64,000 nucleotides of DNA from Eledone cirrhosa. Its lineage: Eukaryota. Both the position numbers and the translations under genes were made by a program. This document shows, in pieces, positions 25,444 through 39,080 of the stretch. Under the pieces are notes generated by a model, which saw only the letters and a list, made by a program, of their open reading frames with translations, did no database searches and was not told where the DNA came from. Position 1 is the first letter of the stretch. The number at the start of each line of letters is the position of its first letter. The stretch spans positions 184,698,001 to 184,762,000 of the forward strand of contig OZ024740.1 in NCBI GenBank assembly GCA_964016885.1. Reading direction: 5' to 3'.

Positions 25444-26680
25444 AGTATATCTAGGAATATATTAAACAGAAACCTGATTTTATTTTCAATATAACAGTCT
25501 GATTTGATGGAAACTTAGCTGCTTATTTTAACAGGTACAGTACTTAGGATTTGAACATGGGGTCTGAAAGAATTTTGTAACCCCAATAAAATGCCTCTCA
25601 GATTCCCTGAATGCAGGCATGTTACAAGCTCAATGTTGTCTCTCCATCATCTTAAATGCAGGGCTATTTTGGCTTTTGGGAAAGAAACCACCACCATCGT
25701 CACCTTCATCAGTATCATCATCCCTATCATCATCATTATCATCATCATCAATATTATGATGATGATCATCATCATATTTTGAAAAGAAATGTAAACTAAC
25801 AAGAGCAAATATGTTGCCAATTTTACAGAGATATTTGTGGCTCTTATTCTTTATTTCACTGAATTTTTCTGCTTATTAAAATAACAAAAAAACCTTGCCA
25901 AAATCTATTAATCAATATGCAAGTATTTTAATAATTATATAAGTTTTCCTTCTTTCTTTTCAGTGATTACCTTGTCTCCATATTTATATCAGGTAATATA
26001 GATCATTTTTTTCTCATCCAAATTAAATAATAAACAGAGTATATTAAGAAAAATTTAACCTTGGTTTTAATGAGAACTATTTACACAGGATAACTTGAGA
26101 CTCGACTGTAAGACTATAGTATATTGTGAGAAATAACATATGTTTGTGCAACTTTGAAAGCAGTTAGGGTATAGCTGATAGTCTTAGTCATATATATATA
26201 TATACAATATAAAGAAATACACATATACATGCATATACACACATATATCCCTGACTTTGTGTGGTGCCAACCTTAACCGTTGTTGCTCTATGATTAATAG
26301 GGACAAAATAATCTGAATGAATTAGATTGACTCTATATCAGAGCTATATAATACATTATAAAGAAAGAAGAAACATTAGACATAAAAAAAATTAAAAAAA
26401 ATGTAAATACCCAATATTCCTCTACATTCTCGACTGCGCAGTTTCGTGGCTACCTTGCAAAAACACTAAATCATAGAGATGCAGTATTTATGTGAGGTTT
26501 GCCAACTTATCAAGAGAATACCTCATTTAAAGTTTCAAAATACGTCTGCAAGGCGCGAGAGAGAACCCGGAAAGGTGGAGGGGGAACTTATCATGTGATA
26601 CAGCGGTCAAGAAACAAAGTTAAGCCTCATACAACCAAGAGAAAAATACCACATATATAATATATATATATATTATATAT

Positions 26681-27760
26681 CATCATCATCATAATCATCA
26701 TCATCATTTTACGTCCGCTTTTCCCTGCTTGCAAGGGCTGGACGGGTCCTATTCAGCACAGCATCTCTCCACCATCTCTCCACCCATCACGGTCCTTCGT
26801 CATCTCCTCCGTGAGCTTCAGCGATCTGAGGTCTGCTCTCACCACCTCCTTCCATGTTTTACATGGTCTACCTCTTCTGCGTCTTCCTTCTACTGGGATG
26901 TCTTGGCACTTCTTCAGCGAGCGGTCATCCTCCATGCGCATCACATACCATCTCAGCCTTCTCTCCTGCACACCACATCTTATCCCTCTTATACCCAGTT
27001 TCTTTCTCAACTCGTCCATGCTTGGTCATTCACGCATATCCAACAGAGCATACTTGCTTCATTTCTCTCCAGCTGTCGCATATCCTCTGCAGTTGCTGCC
27101 CATGTCTCACTACCATGCAGCATCGCGCATCTCACACAGGCATCATTTAACCGTCCTTTCATATGCAGGGAGAAACCCTTCTTTCTCAACAAAGGAAGCA
27201 GCTCCCTAAACTTCTTCCAACCCATCCTTATTCTAGATACAATGGCCTCGGAACACCCCCTCCCATGCTAATCTGATCTCCTAGGTACCGGAAGCTATCA
27301 ACCCCTTCTATAGAACACACCTGCATTGGAAAAATGTGTCTATCACAGCGATTAATACTGCCAACTTTCCCTGTACATCTACTGCATACATAGTTTTCTC
27401 TACCTTTGCCTGCTATCCCACTACATCTCTTGTGTACCCAAGATCTGCATTGCTTACATTTTATGGAATTTATGCCAATTTCTTTCCTACATATCGAACA
27501 AGGCCATTTACTTGATGGAATCGGTGTATTGTCCTCTCTTCTACTTATCAACACTTTTGTCTTAGCTATGTTCACTCTCAGTCCTCTTGATTCCAACTGC
27601 TGTTTCCATAGCCAGAATTTGTTCTCTAGCTTCTCTACTGATTCTGCTATAAGAGCCAGATTATCAGCATAGAGTAGTTCCCATGGGCATCCTCTGTTAT
27701 GGTTTGGAGGACTATAATGAACAAGAGCGGGCTGAGGACCGAACCTTGATGTACACCTAC
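26681..27760 (-). mobile_element. 5'-truncated RTE (subfamily of 17423-20270), degraded
   Basis: Homologous ORF fragments and a matching short 3' end with (CAT)n. Confidence 0.93.
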
Positions 27761-28009
27761 AAAAAGCGCCAAGCTCATATTATAATGTGGTCGTGTTGGT
27801 ATCATGAGAAAAAGCACCAAGTCTACACTGTAAAGTGGTTGTTACGACTCTACAATAAAAGGCACCCACTCGACACTGTAAATGTGGTTGGTGTTAGGAA
27901 GACCATCCAGCTGTAGAAACCAAGCCAGAAACAGTTCTGTATGAGCAAGACATGGCCATGTGACCTGACTTGCTAGCATGGAAAATAGACGTTAAACGAT
28001 GATGATGAT
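27761..28009 (+). mobile_element. RTE 3'UTR/tail fragment
   Basis: CTGTAAATGTGGTTGGTGTTAGGAAG..CCAGCTGTAGAAAC..GACGTTAAACGATGATG. Confidence 0.85.
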
Positions 28010-28042
<33 letters not shown>

Positions 28043-31000
28043 GTTTAACGTCTATCTTCCACGCTAGTTTGGGTTTAGACGGGAATTGTCCCACTTGAGG
28101 CAAGATTGGTTGTCTCGCTCGTCTGGGACTGTCTGACAGGTTTTCTACGACTGGATGCCCTTCCTAACACCAACCACGTTTACAGTGTGGACTGGGAGGT
28201 TTTTACCGTGTTACCTACACGACCACATTACAGCGTGGACTGTGTGTTTTTTTTTGTCGTGAACCTACACAGCCTCATTTATTTAGGACTGGATGTTGTG
28301 GTACCAGCATAAATTTACAGAGAAAGGGGTGGTGTTGATGGGGGTGGAGGGGAGGGGTGTATTTTTGTTAGAGGTGCCTGCTGACTGTAGGTTTCGCTTT
28401 GTATTTAGGCAAGGCGGGTTTTCTGTATTACTGTGTAGCACCAAAGATCTCAGTCCAGTGACATTGACTTAGAGAGGTGTAATTTTGTAAGGTCGGAATT
28501 TATCAAATCGTCCCAGGTTTTTCTGAGTCTGCCTACTCCGTAACTTCCGTCAATTTTGATTGCCCTGCACTTTTTTATATAGCTGTCGTCTTTCATGCGC
28601 ATCATGTGACCATACCAACGTAGTCTTCTCTCGAGTAAACAGCATCTGATCCCTCATATACCTGATTTCTCACTTAGTTCCTTTATGTTTTGTTGTTCAT
28701 GTATATTACTATTACACATCCAGCGGAACATGCATGCTTCATTCCTGTCCAGTCTGCGCAGATCCTCTGCCAACAATGCACATGTCTCACTGCCATGTAA
28801 CATAGCTGTTCATATGCAGGCATCATACAGTCTGCCTTTCATTTTTAGAGAGAAACCTTTAGCGGCCAATAGTGATATAAACTCTCTGAACCTTTTCCAT
28901 CCAGTTCTGACTCTAGCTACTGTACTTTCGGAGCACCCTCCACCACTGATGATTTGTCACGCAGGTAATGGAATGTGTCCACTATTTCTATAGAGCCATC
29001 TGGGCAATAGAAGGAGCTAGTATCCTGTAGGTGCTTGCTACTTATTACACCTGAGCACCGGCCACATATAAAATCTACATTCTTAGATAGCTTACTTGTG
29101 ATCCCTCTACATCTTTTATGCACCAATACTTTGCATTTGGGACAGAAAATGGAATTTCTGCCTATTCCTTTCCTACACACTGAGCATGGCCATTTCCCAG
29201 AGGGGACTTGTGCCCTATTTTCCTTCCTACATACTAGAACTTTAGTCTTAAACAAGTTAACTTTAAAGCCTTTTGATTCTAGACCATGCTTCCATGTTTG
29301 GAATTTCTACTCTAGTTCAGCCATTGATTCAGCTATGAGCATTAGATGATCTGCATAGAGAAGTTCCCATGGGCAGCCGGTCTTGAACTCCTCTGTTATA
29401 GCCTGAAGGGCAATAATCAATAGGAGGGGGCTAAGGACAGAGCCCTGATCAACACCAAATTTTACGCTAAATTCTTCAATATATTCGTTGTTAATTCTAA
29501 ACTTGCTGACTGTTTCTTTATACATGACTTGTATAGCTCTCACAAGCCATTCATAAAACCCCTAGTTTTCTAAGGGCCCACCAGATAATGGCGAGGGGAA
29601 CTCTGTCAAATGCTTTCTCCAAGTCAACAAAAGCTAAGTATAGGGGTTTACTTTTAGCTAGGTACTTCTCCTGTAATTGTCGTACAAGGAAAAGGCGTCT
29701 GTGGTACTTTTACTTGACACAAACCCAAACTGCATTTAATCTAGATCAATTTGCTCTCTGATTAGTTGTGCTATAACTTTTTCTGTGACCTTTATGACAT
29801 GGTCAATTAATATAATGCCTCTATAGTTTCCTCTATCTAGTACATCTCCTTTACCCATGTAGCAGTTAATGATGATGATACTACGCCAGTCATTTAGTAT
29901 GACCCCCGTTCTGTATGACTTGGTTTACTATCCGCGTGACCATGGTGTGTCCCACCATTTCAGATGCTTTCAGTATTTCAGCAACTATCTCCGAAGGCCC
30001 AGCTGCCTTGCCTGTCTTCATATCTTTGATTGCCTTACTTATACTACATGCAACTTGCACTGCTGTTCCTCTATTGGATCAATGTGGAGCAAACTATCTT
30101 TGTCCTATTTATTCTCCTCATTTACTAGCCTCTCGTAGTGACACTTCCAAGCTTCTTATCAGCGTCAGTGATGGCAAGTACACCATCATCATTATGGACA
30201 CACTGCTCCCCGACAATATCACGGTTTTCCTTGACAATCCTGAACATCTCACCTTTTTGGTCTTCGCATTGTAGAACATGCTTGAACTTTCTTTCTCTGC
30301 TTCCCTTCTTGCAAAGTACACTTGTCTCCTAGCTTCCCTTCTGGCCACTTGATAGTGTTCTCTACTTGGCCCCATCCCGCCATACTTTCCAAGCCTGATT
30401 TTTGGCCTTGATTGACTCCTCCACCTTACTGTTCCACCACCAAGTTACTGTCCTCCTGCCTATAGGTCTGCTCCAGCCGCAGATTTCATCTGTTGCCTTC
30501 AGCAGGTTAACTTTCAGGAATTCCCACTGTTCCTCTATATTGTACGACTCTACTTGCTTTTCTTTACTGTCAAAAGCATCAAGTAATATGCTTTTAAATT
30601 TGTTACTGGCTGTGGGGTCCTTTAATTTCCATATTCTTCTCCTTAGGGTAGTCCTCCTCTGTTGTCGAGTATGTCTCATCCTGACTATGAGATCACTATG
30701 TTGGGAGGTGCATTCTTCATGGGGGAGGGATTTAGTGTTTACAACAGACACTCTGTCACCTCTTCTGGTAAGGATATAATCTATTTGACTGGCATGTTCC
30801 CCTGATCTATAGGTGATCAAGTGATTGTCTCGTTTTTTGAAGAATTGCAGGATTCTGGAGCATTCCTCATTTCTAGTACCAAACCCATAGCCTCCATGGA
30901 TTCCATCATAGCCGTCACAATGTTGTCCAACATGACCATTTAGCTCGCCAGCAATAATTATGTAGTCACTGTCGGTTATTTGGGAAGTAGTGAGCATTAG

Positions 31001-31272
31001 TGACTCATATAATCTGTCTTTTATAATGCCAGGCAGTCCGGATTGGGGTGCATACACGGATATTATTGTCACAGTAGTTCTATTTAGGACAAGTCTTATT
31101 TTAATTAATCTTTCGTTCACTCTATTTACGTCTATTATCTTATCTACCCATTTTTCTGCTAGCATGATTCCTACCCCAGCCAGCCCATTGTCATTTCCCA
31201 CCCAGAAACGTTTATAGCATCGTTTTTTACCCAATGAATCTAGCAGACCCACCCCTCCACCTGGTCTCTTGA
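28010..31272 (-). mobile_element. Long degraded RTE LINE (third subfamily)
   Basis: APE (ORF 30362-31252), RT and PHD fragments, 3'UTR, (CAT)n tail. Confidence 0.95.
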
Positions 31273-31288
31273 ATACATATATATATAT

Positions 31289-31327
31289 CCCATGCTAGCA
31301 TGGAAAATGGACGTTAAACGATGATGA

Positions 31328-31331
<4 letters not shown>
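31289..31331 (+). mobile_element. Extreme 3' tip of an RTE, followed by (TA)n
   Basis: CCCATGCTAGCATGGAAAATGGACGTTAAACGATGATGATGA. Confidence 0.85.
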
Positions 31332-31413
<82 letters not shown>

Positions 31414-32986
31414 TTATATATATACATTTGCATGTGTGTGTATTTAACACTGAAAATGTTGATTGTCTTTTTATTCATATGAATTTTCATAGTTGTCCAG
31501 AAAAAAAAATTCAGATAAGATTGTGGGTATATATTATATATGTGTACATGAAGTGAAATGGCTACAATACTGGAGTGAATAACCCAAGTGTTTGAACTGA
31601 GCTCATAAAGAAATTATCCCCACTAAACAGCACTAGCTGACATTAGAAATATTGATTTATTATGATTAAGCACAAGACCTTGTTTTGCAAAGGAGTTGGT
31701 TAGTCAAATAAATTAACCCCTAGCATGTTTCTGAACTAGCAGTATAAATAACTTATCTATATTGAATAGAATTTCCTTCTATTTTCAGTAATATCGATTT
31801 TCTATTTTTTCTTTTTTTTCTGATTAAGAAAAAATATTTTATTTTGTATAAGAAATAGGGATGTCAGTAAAATAGGCTCCAGCATATTGCTATAACATAT
31901 TTTATTAATTCCTATGGTGAGGAAAATCAAAGTTCACTTTGACTTCAGTTAAAGTTGAACTCAACTATTCAGAAGGGCAAACCTAATGAAGATTACTGTG
32001 GTATACAGCTTTTTCTGCTAATTGACTGTATTTTATAATGAAAGAAATAATGAATAAGAAGCAAAATGAGATGATTCTGTATTTTCAGAATCTTTAAGGT
32101 GTCTTGCTGTAGGATTAGATTTAAAACTTGTGGGGTCCGGGGCAGTTCAGGTTTGGTGGACCCCTCATATAACAACACTCATTCATGCACACACACGCAT
32201 ATTTAAACTGGTATGTGTGCATGTGTGTGTGTGTATATATTCATAAGTAGAAAGAGAGAGACATAGAGAAAAGAAGGGGCCCTGTTTGGAGAGGGGTAGC
32301 TCTGTTTGAAGAGGAGGCTAAAGGCATCTGCCTTCCCTGTTGCTGATAAATCCAGTCCTACCTTGCTGTATTTGCATTCAAAATCAATTTTGCCTTTTAT
32401 CATTCCAGAGATTATAATAATAATTCCAGAGATTGTAATAATATATGAAGGATTGGTGGAATTGTTGAAACTTTAATGAAATGTTTCACAGTTATTGTTC
32501 CTTCTCTTTATGTTCTAAGTGTCTAAAAAGGTGTAGCAAGTTTGTCTCTAGCTATAAAAAAATGCCTGGAGGAAGGCAGCCAGAAACCAACATTGTTGCC
32601 TTCCATGAACATTCTATGGTAAGCACATAGTCTTTGTTAAGGTTATCACCTGGGGCCTTTCAGTGACTTGATGATGCAAGTAAGAAAGCTTTTGATAATA
32701 ACTTCAATGTAAACTCTGACATTTCAGATGCTACAAAACAATGACATTTCTGATCTCTTGCTTTCATAGCTATACAAACATAAATCTTAAAATGTTACTT
32801 TGAAAATATACAAGAAATACTATAGTCATAGCTTATAGATTGTTTTTGTGTACAAATTAAATAAAAAATATATCAATAACTCACAATAAATTCTATTTAT
32901 ATTCAAAGATGTTTTTTTTAATTTCATAGAAGAATTTTCAAAATCACCTTGAAACATGAAAAGTAATTATTATTTAAACATTATTT

Positions 32987-33162
32987 CGGTGGATTGGCAG
33001 TATTGGTAGAGGGTCAGACGCCATACTTTGACATATAGAGTTACGGCCCTTGCCATTCTGAGTTCAAATCCCGCCAAGGTTAACTTTGCCTTTCATCCTT
33101 ACGGGGTCGATAAAATAAAGTACCAGTAATGCTGGCCTGGTGCCTAACGTAGAAACAATTAT
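32987..33162 (+). mobile_element. SINE family 1
   Basis: Matches the 1861 copy with a short internal deletion. Confidence 0.9.
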
Positions 33163-33263
33163 TTATATACTCAAATAATTAATTACTATTCAATAATAGA
33201 TAATATATTATCCAACCTTTTAAGAGAGCTAAATTTTCCATGGTTATTGTTACTCTATTGAAA

Positions 33264-33440
33264 GGCAGTCGATTGACAGTATTGGTAGAGCATCGTACAA
33301 CATGCTTTGTAGCATAGAGTTATGTCCCTTTATGCTCGGAGTTTAAATTCTGCCATGGTTAGCTTTGCCTTTCATCCATATGGGGCCAATAAAATATAGT
33401 ACCAGTAATACACTGGAGTCAATTTAATCGACTTCCCTGC
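33264..33440 (+). mobile_element. Diverged SINE family-1 copy
   Basis: GATTGACAGTATTGGTAGAG..GCTTTGCCTTTCATCC..AGTACCAGT..CTGGAGTCAATTTAATCGACT. Confidence 0.8.
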
Positions 33441-34057
33441 AAAAAAGTTAATAATTTGGGGCAATTAAATACTAATTTAGGGTATCAGAACATATATAAT
33501 ATATGTTGATGCTCTGAGCAAATGTCCATTGAGCTTTTCTACTGAGAAACATAAGCATCATACATATTATATATGTTGTGATACCTTAAATTGGTGGGCA
33601 ATTTAAAAACTAAGGAAGCCTTACTCATACGTAGACTCATCCCGCAAATAAATGATAGATTAGAACTCAGCACACAATACTTAACATAAAAATACACACC
33701 CACATGCACACAAACTAAGCAACACTTCATTCAAAAAAGAAAATTGACTTTCTGGAATATTACATTGGCAATTGACATCATTCTCGTGAATACCGAAATA
33801 ATCATTAAAAAAATGAACTCCTTGAAAACGACTTAAGAAATTTAAATCAAATTATAATCCCAAAGAGAAGAAACTGGAACTTTATTCTCTGAAAGTTCCT
33901 TAAACTCTTAACAAGGGGATTTTAGGTCCTGAAATATTAGGACAGAAGAAAGAACAGCAACATCGTTAGCTCATCTTACTGTCCATGTTGTATTGTTTAG
34001 CCTTCTATCTCTTTCCACATTTTATATATACATATATTTATATATACATATGTATAC

Positions 34058-34098
<41 letters not shown>

Positions 34099-34104
<6 letters not shown>

Positions 34105-34263
34105 CACCATTTAATGTCAATTTTTCCACGCATGCATGAGTTATATGAGTTATCCTTTTGTGAGCAATGCCAGGTCAAGTGACCATCTCTTGCTCATACA
34201 GAACCGATTTTGGCTTGGTGTTCTACAGCTGGATGCCCTTCCTAGTGCTAACCTCATTTACAG
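34099..34263 (-). mobile_element. RTE 3' tail fragment
   Basis: TTCTACAGCTGGATGCCCTTCCTA..CTCATTTACAGT and a (CAT)n tail. Confidence 0.8.
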
Positions 34264-34982
34264 TATATATGTATGTGTGTATGTAGAAATTATGCCGAAC
34301 AAATGGTCGAGGGGAGTCTTCAGTTGTGTCAAGCAAATAATAAATTCTTTAGAGCAGTTTTCATTATAAAATGTGTCTAGTGCTCACTGTAACTTGCAGA
34401 AGTGTATGAAAGTGTAATGTAGCCCCCAGTGCATTGAAAAGCTTTGACTTAGTCTGTGACCAAACTACCTAGCCCTTGATAACAGTGAAAACAAATGTTC
34501 AATGTATAAAGAAAATACATTGTTTCAGTTATTTAAAAATATCAGAAAAAAGAAACACAAAATGACTTTTCACAGAACTTCTATACATTATTTTGAAATT
34601 GAAATTATTGAAAACTTGATGTGAATATACCATTTAGTTTGAATCTCATAAAGGATTTTCATGGTGAGCAAATGGGGTCCCATGTGCTGGCCTCCCCACA
34701 GCCCCAGCAGACAGGATGGAGTTTCTTTGGAAAACGGTAACATTTATCAACAACTGCTTCTTTATTCTATAGAATTATCCACTAAGAATTATATCCACTA
34801 AGTACAGTAGAAATTATATATAGGGAAAAGGATGACAAATATAACATTACTTTTGTTTTATTTGTTATCTTTTTCCCTTTATATATTTCTACTGCTTGTA
34901 CCGGCTTTCTGAAACTTGTGAGTCATTTATTACACACACACACATATATATACAAACACACATACACACACATATATATATG

Positions 34983-35119
34983 TGTTAGGAAGGGCATGCC
35001 AGAAACAGTTCTATATGAGCAAAACATGTTCACCTGACCCAACTTGCCTCTAATGGGACAAAACGTCTAACCCATGCTAGTGTGGAAAATGGATGTTAAA
35101 CGATGATGATGATGATGAT
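34983..35119 (+). mobile_element. RTE 3' tail fragment
   Basis: TGTTAGGAAGGGCAT..CCCATGCTAGTGTGGAAAATGGATGTTAAACGATGATG. Confidence 0.85.
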
Positions 35120-35800
35120 ATATATATATATATCAATTACAATTTATTTGACTCTAGTACTGAGACAGTTCAATGAAAGGATAAAGTATAAAGATAAAAT
35201 ATCAACTCAGAGAAGTAATTAAACACATAAAATTTAAGCCAAAATCTCGATTTATGGGGATATAATCTAGACCGACTAAAATAAGTCAGTTTTATTCATA
35301 TATTAATTATTTCATAACATTGAAACAACCAATATTGGATGAATTTATTCCATCTTCAGGGAGAAAATTCTTTGGAACTAGAGGAAATATAGAATATATA
35401 GTATACAGGCTGTGTCATTGCCGAGACCGCATGGGGTCCAACATGTTGCATTAATGAACTACTAAATGAACATATCTCCCTATATCTATTAGGATAGCAT
35501 GACAGGCTTATAGTGATGCTAGAAATAGCACCCATCTAAATCTACTCTAAATTCTTCCAATTTTAGTTGTTTCAAAGTTTTGAATCATGTTCAAATCCTG
35601 CCAAGGTTAACATTCAACTTTCGTGCTCTTTGTGTCCTTAAATAAAGTACCAGTTTCCCAAGTGCTGAGAAAGATTCTTCGTGTATCTCTTTTCATCCCC
35701 TTCTATCACTCTGTTTGAAAGAAATTGGATATGTTCAGACCTGGAGAGAGATGAGCTAAATCCCTCTATGATACAACCAGGAATTACATATATATATATG

Positions 35801-38800
35801 AATTTAAAAGCATATTACTTGATGCTTTTGACAGTAAGGAAGAGCAATTAGAGTCGTACAATATAGAGGAACAGTGGGTATTCCTGAAAGCTAACCTGCT
35901 GAAGGCGGCAGATGATGTCTGTGGCTGGAGCAGGCCTATAAGCAGGAGGAGAGTAACGTGGTGGTGGAACAGTAAGGTGGAGGAGTCAATTAAGGCCAAA
36001 AAGCAGGCTTGGAAAGTATGGCTGGATGGGGGAAGTAGAGAAGACTATCAAGTGGCCAGGAGGGAAGCTAGGAGACAAGTGTACTTTGCAAGAAGGGAAG
36101 CAGAGGAAAGAAAGTTCAAGCATGTTCTACAACGCAAGGACCAAAACGTGAGGTGTTCAGGATTGCTAGGCAATGTGTCAAGGAAAACAGTGATATTGTC
36201 GGGGAGAAGTGTGCTTTTAATGATGATGGTGTACTTGCCATCACTGACGCTGATAAGAAGGTGGCTTGGAAGTGTCACTACGAAAGGCTACTAAATGAGG
36301 AGAATAAATGGGAGAAAGACAGTCTCCCCCACATCGATCCAATAGAGGGACCAGCAGTGCTAGTTGAAAGTAGTATAATAAGTAAGGCAATCAAAGATAT
36401 GAAGACGGATAAGGCGGCTGGGCCTTTGGAGATAGTTGCTGAAATGCTGAAAGCATCTGGAATGGTGAGACATAATATGGTCACCCGGATAGTAAACCAA
36501 GTCATACAGAATCATCATCATTAACTGCTACAAGGTTAAAGGAGATGCCCTAGATAGGGGTAACTATAGAGGCACTAAATTAATCGACTAGGTCATGAAG
36601 GTCACAAAAGAAGTAATAGCACAACTAATCAGAGAGCGAATTGATCTAGATGAAATGCAGTTCGGGTTTGTGTTAGGTAAAAGTACCGCAGACACTCTTT
36701 CCATTGTACGACAACTACAGGAGAAGTACCTAGCTAAAATAAACCCCTATACTTAGCTTTTGTTGACTTGGAGAAACAGTGATATTGTCGGGGAGAGGTG
36801 TGTCCTTAATGATGATGGTGTACTTGCCATCACTGACGCTGATAAGAATATGGCTTGGAAGTGTCACTACGAAAGGCTACTAAATGAGGAGAATAAATGA
36901 GAGAAAGACAGTCTCCCCCACATCGATCCAATAGAGGGACCAGCAGTGCTAGTTGAAAGTAGTATAATAAGTAAGGCAATCAAAGATATGAAGACGGGTA
37001 AGGCGGCTGGGCCTTTGGAGATAGTTGCTGAAATGCTGAAAGCATCTGGAATGGTGGGACACACTATGGTCACCCGGATAGTAAACCAAGTCATACAGAA
37101 TCATTATCATTAACTGCTACAAGGTTAAAGGAGATGCCCTAGATAGGGGTAACTATAGAGGCACTAAATTAATCGACCAGGTCATGAAGGTCACAAAAAA
37201 AGTAATAGCACAACTAATCAGAGAGCGAATTGATCTAGATGGAATGCAGTTTGGGTTTGTGTCAGGTAAAAGTACCACAGACGCTCTTTTCATTGTACGA
37301 CAACTACAGGAGAAGTATCTAGCTAAAATAAACCCCTATACTTAGCTTTTGTCGACTTGGAGAAAGCATTTGAAAGAGTCCCCTGCTCCATTATCTGGTG
37401 GACGCTTAGAAAACTAGGTGTTGATGAATGGCTTGTGAGAGATATACAAGCCATGTATAAAGAAACAGTCAGCAAGGTTAACAACGAATATAGTGAAGAG
37501 TTTAGCGTAAAAGTTGGTATTCATCAGGGCTCTGTTCTTAGCCACCTACTATTTATTATTGCCCTTCAGGCTATAACAGAGGAGTTCAAGACCGGCTGCC
37601 CATGGGAACTCCTATATGCAGATCTCATAGCTGAATCAATGGCTAAACTAGAGAAGAAATTCCAAACATGGAAGCATGGCTTAGAATCAAAAGGCCTTAA
37701 AGTTAACTTGTCTAAGACTAAAGTTCTAGTTTGTAGGAAGGAAAATAGGTCACCCGTCCCATCTGGGAAATGGCCATGCTCAGTGTGTAAGAAAGGAGTA
37801 GGCAGAAACTCCATTTTATGTCCCAAATGCAAAGTATTGGTGCATAAAAGATGTAGTGGGATCACAGGTAAGCTAATATAGATTTTATATGCGGCCGGTG
37901 CTCTGGTGCAATAAGTAGCAGCAAGTGCCCACAGAATACTAGCTCATTCCATTGCACAGATGGTTCTATAGAAATAGTGGACACCTTCCGTTACCTGGGT
38001 GGCAAAATCAGCAGTGGGGGAGGATGCTCTGAAAGTACAGTAGCTAGAGTCAGAACGGGATGGAAAAAGTTCAGAGAACTTATACCACTATTGGCCGCTA
38101 AAGGGTTCTCTCTAAAAATGAAAGGCAGGTTGTATGATGCCTGCATACGAACAGCAATGTTACATGGCAGTGAGACCTGGGCATTGTGTGCAGAGGATAT
38201 ACGCAGACTGGAGAGGAACAAAGCTTGCATGCTCCGCTGGATGTGTAATAGTAATATACGTGAATGGCAAAGCATAAATGAACTAAGGGAGAAATTAGGA
38301 ATAAGAGGGATCAGATGTTGTTTACTCGAGAGAAGACTACGTTGGTATGGTCACGTGATGTGCATGAAAGACGACAGCTGTATAAAAAAGTGCAACGGCG
38401 ATAAAAATAGACGGTAGCCACGGAGTAGGCAGACACAGAAAAACCTGGGACGACTTGATAAATTCCGACCTCACACACTTACACCTCTCCAAGAAAATGT
38501 CACTGGACCGAGATCTTTGGCGCTACACAGTTATACAGAAGACTTGCCTTGCCTAAGTACAAAGCGAAACCTACAGTCAGCAGGCACCTCTAACAAAAAT
38601 ACACCCCTGTCCCCCTACCCCCACCCCATCCACACGACCCCCTTAAATGTGGAGTTATGTTGGTACCACAACATCCAGTCCGAAACAAATGAGGTCGTGT
38701 AGGTGTCACGACAAAAAAACACACAGTCCATGCTGTAATGTGGCCGTGTAGGTAACACGGTAAAAACCTCCCAGTCCACACTGTAAACGTGGTTGGTGTT

Positions 38801-39080
38801 AGGAAGGGCACCCAGCCATAGAAAACCCGCCAGACGTGTAGGTGCCACGACAAAAAAACACACAGTCCACGCTGTAATGTGGCCCTGTAGGTAGCACTGT
38901 AAAAACCTCCCAGTCCACACTGTAAACATGGTTGGTGTTAGGAAGGGTATCCAGCCGTAGAAAACCTGCCAGACAGTCCTATTCGAGCAGGACAACCAAT
39001 CTTGCCTCAAGTGGAAAAACTCCCGTCCAAACCCATGCAAGCGTGGAAGGTGGACATTAAACGATGACGATGATGATGAT
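35801..39080 (+). mobile_element. Degraded RTE LINE (third subfamily) with internal tandem duplications
   Basis: RT and PHD fragments; ~590-bp duplication 36184-36773/36774-37364; ~140-bp 3'UTR duplication 38696-38833/38835-38973; (GAT)n tail. Confidence 0.95.
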
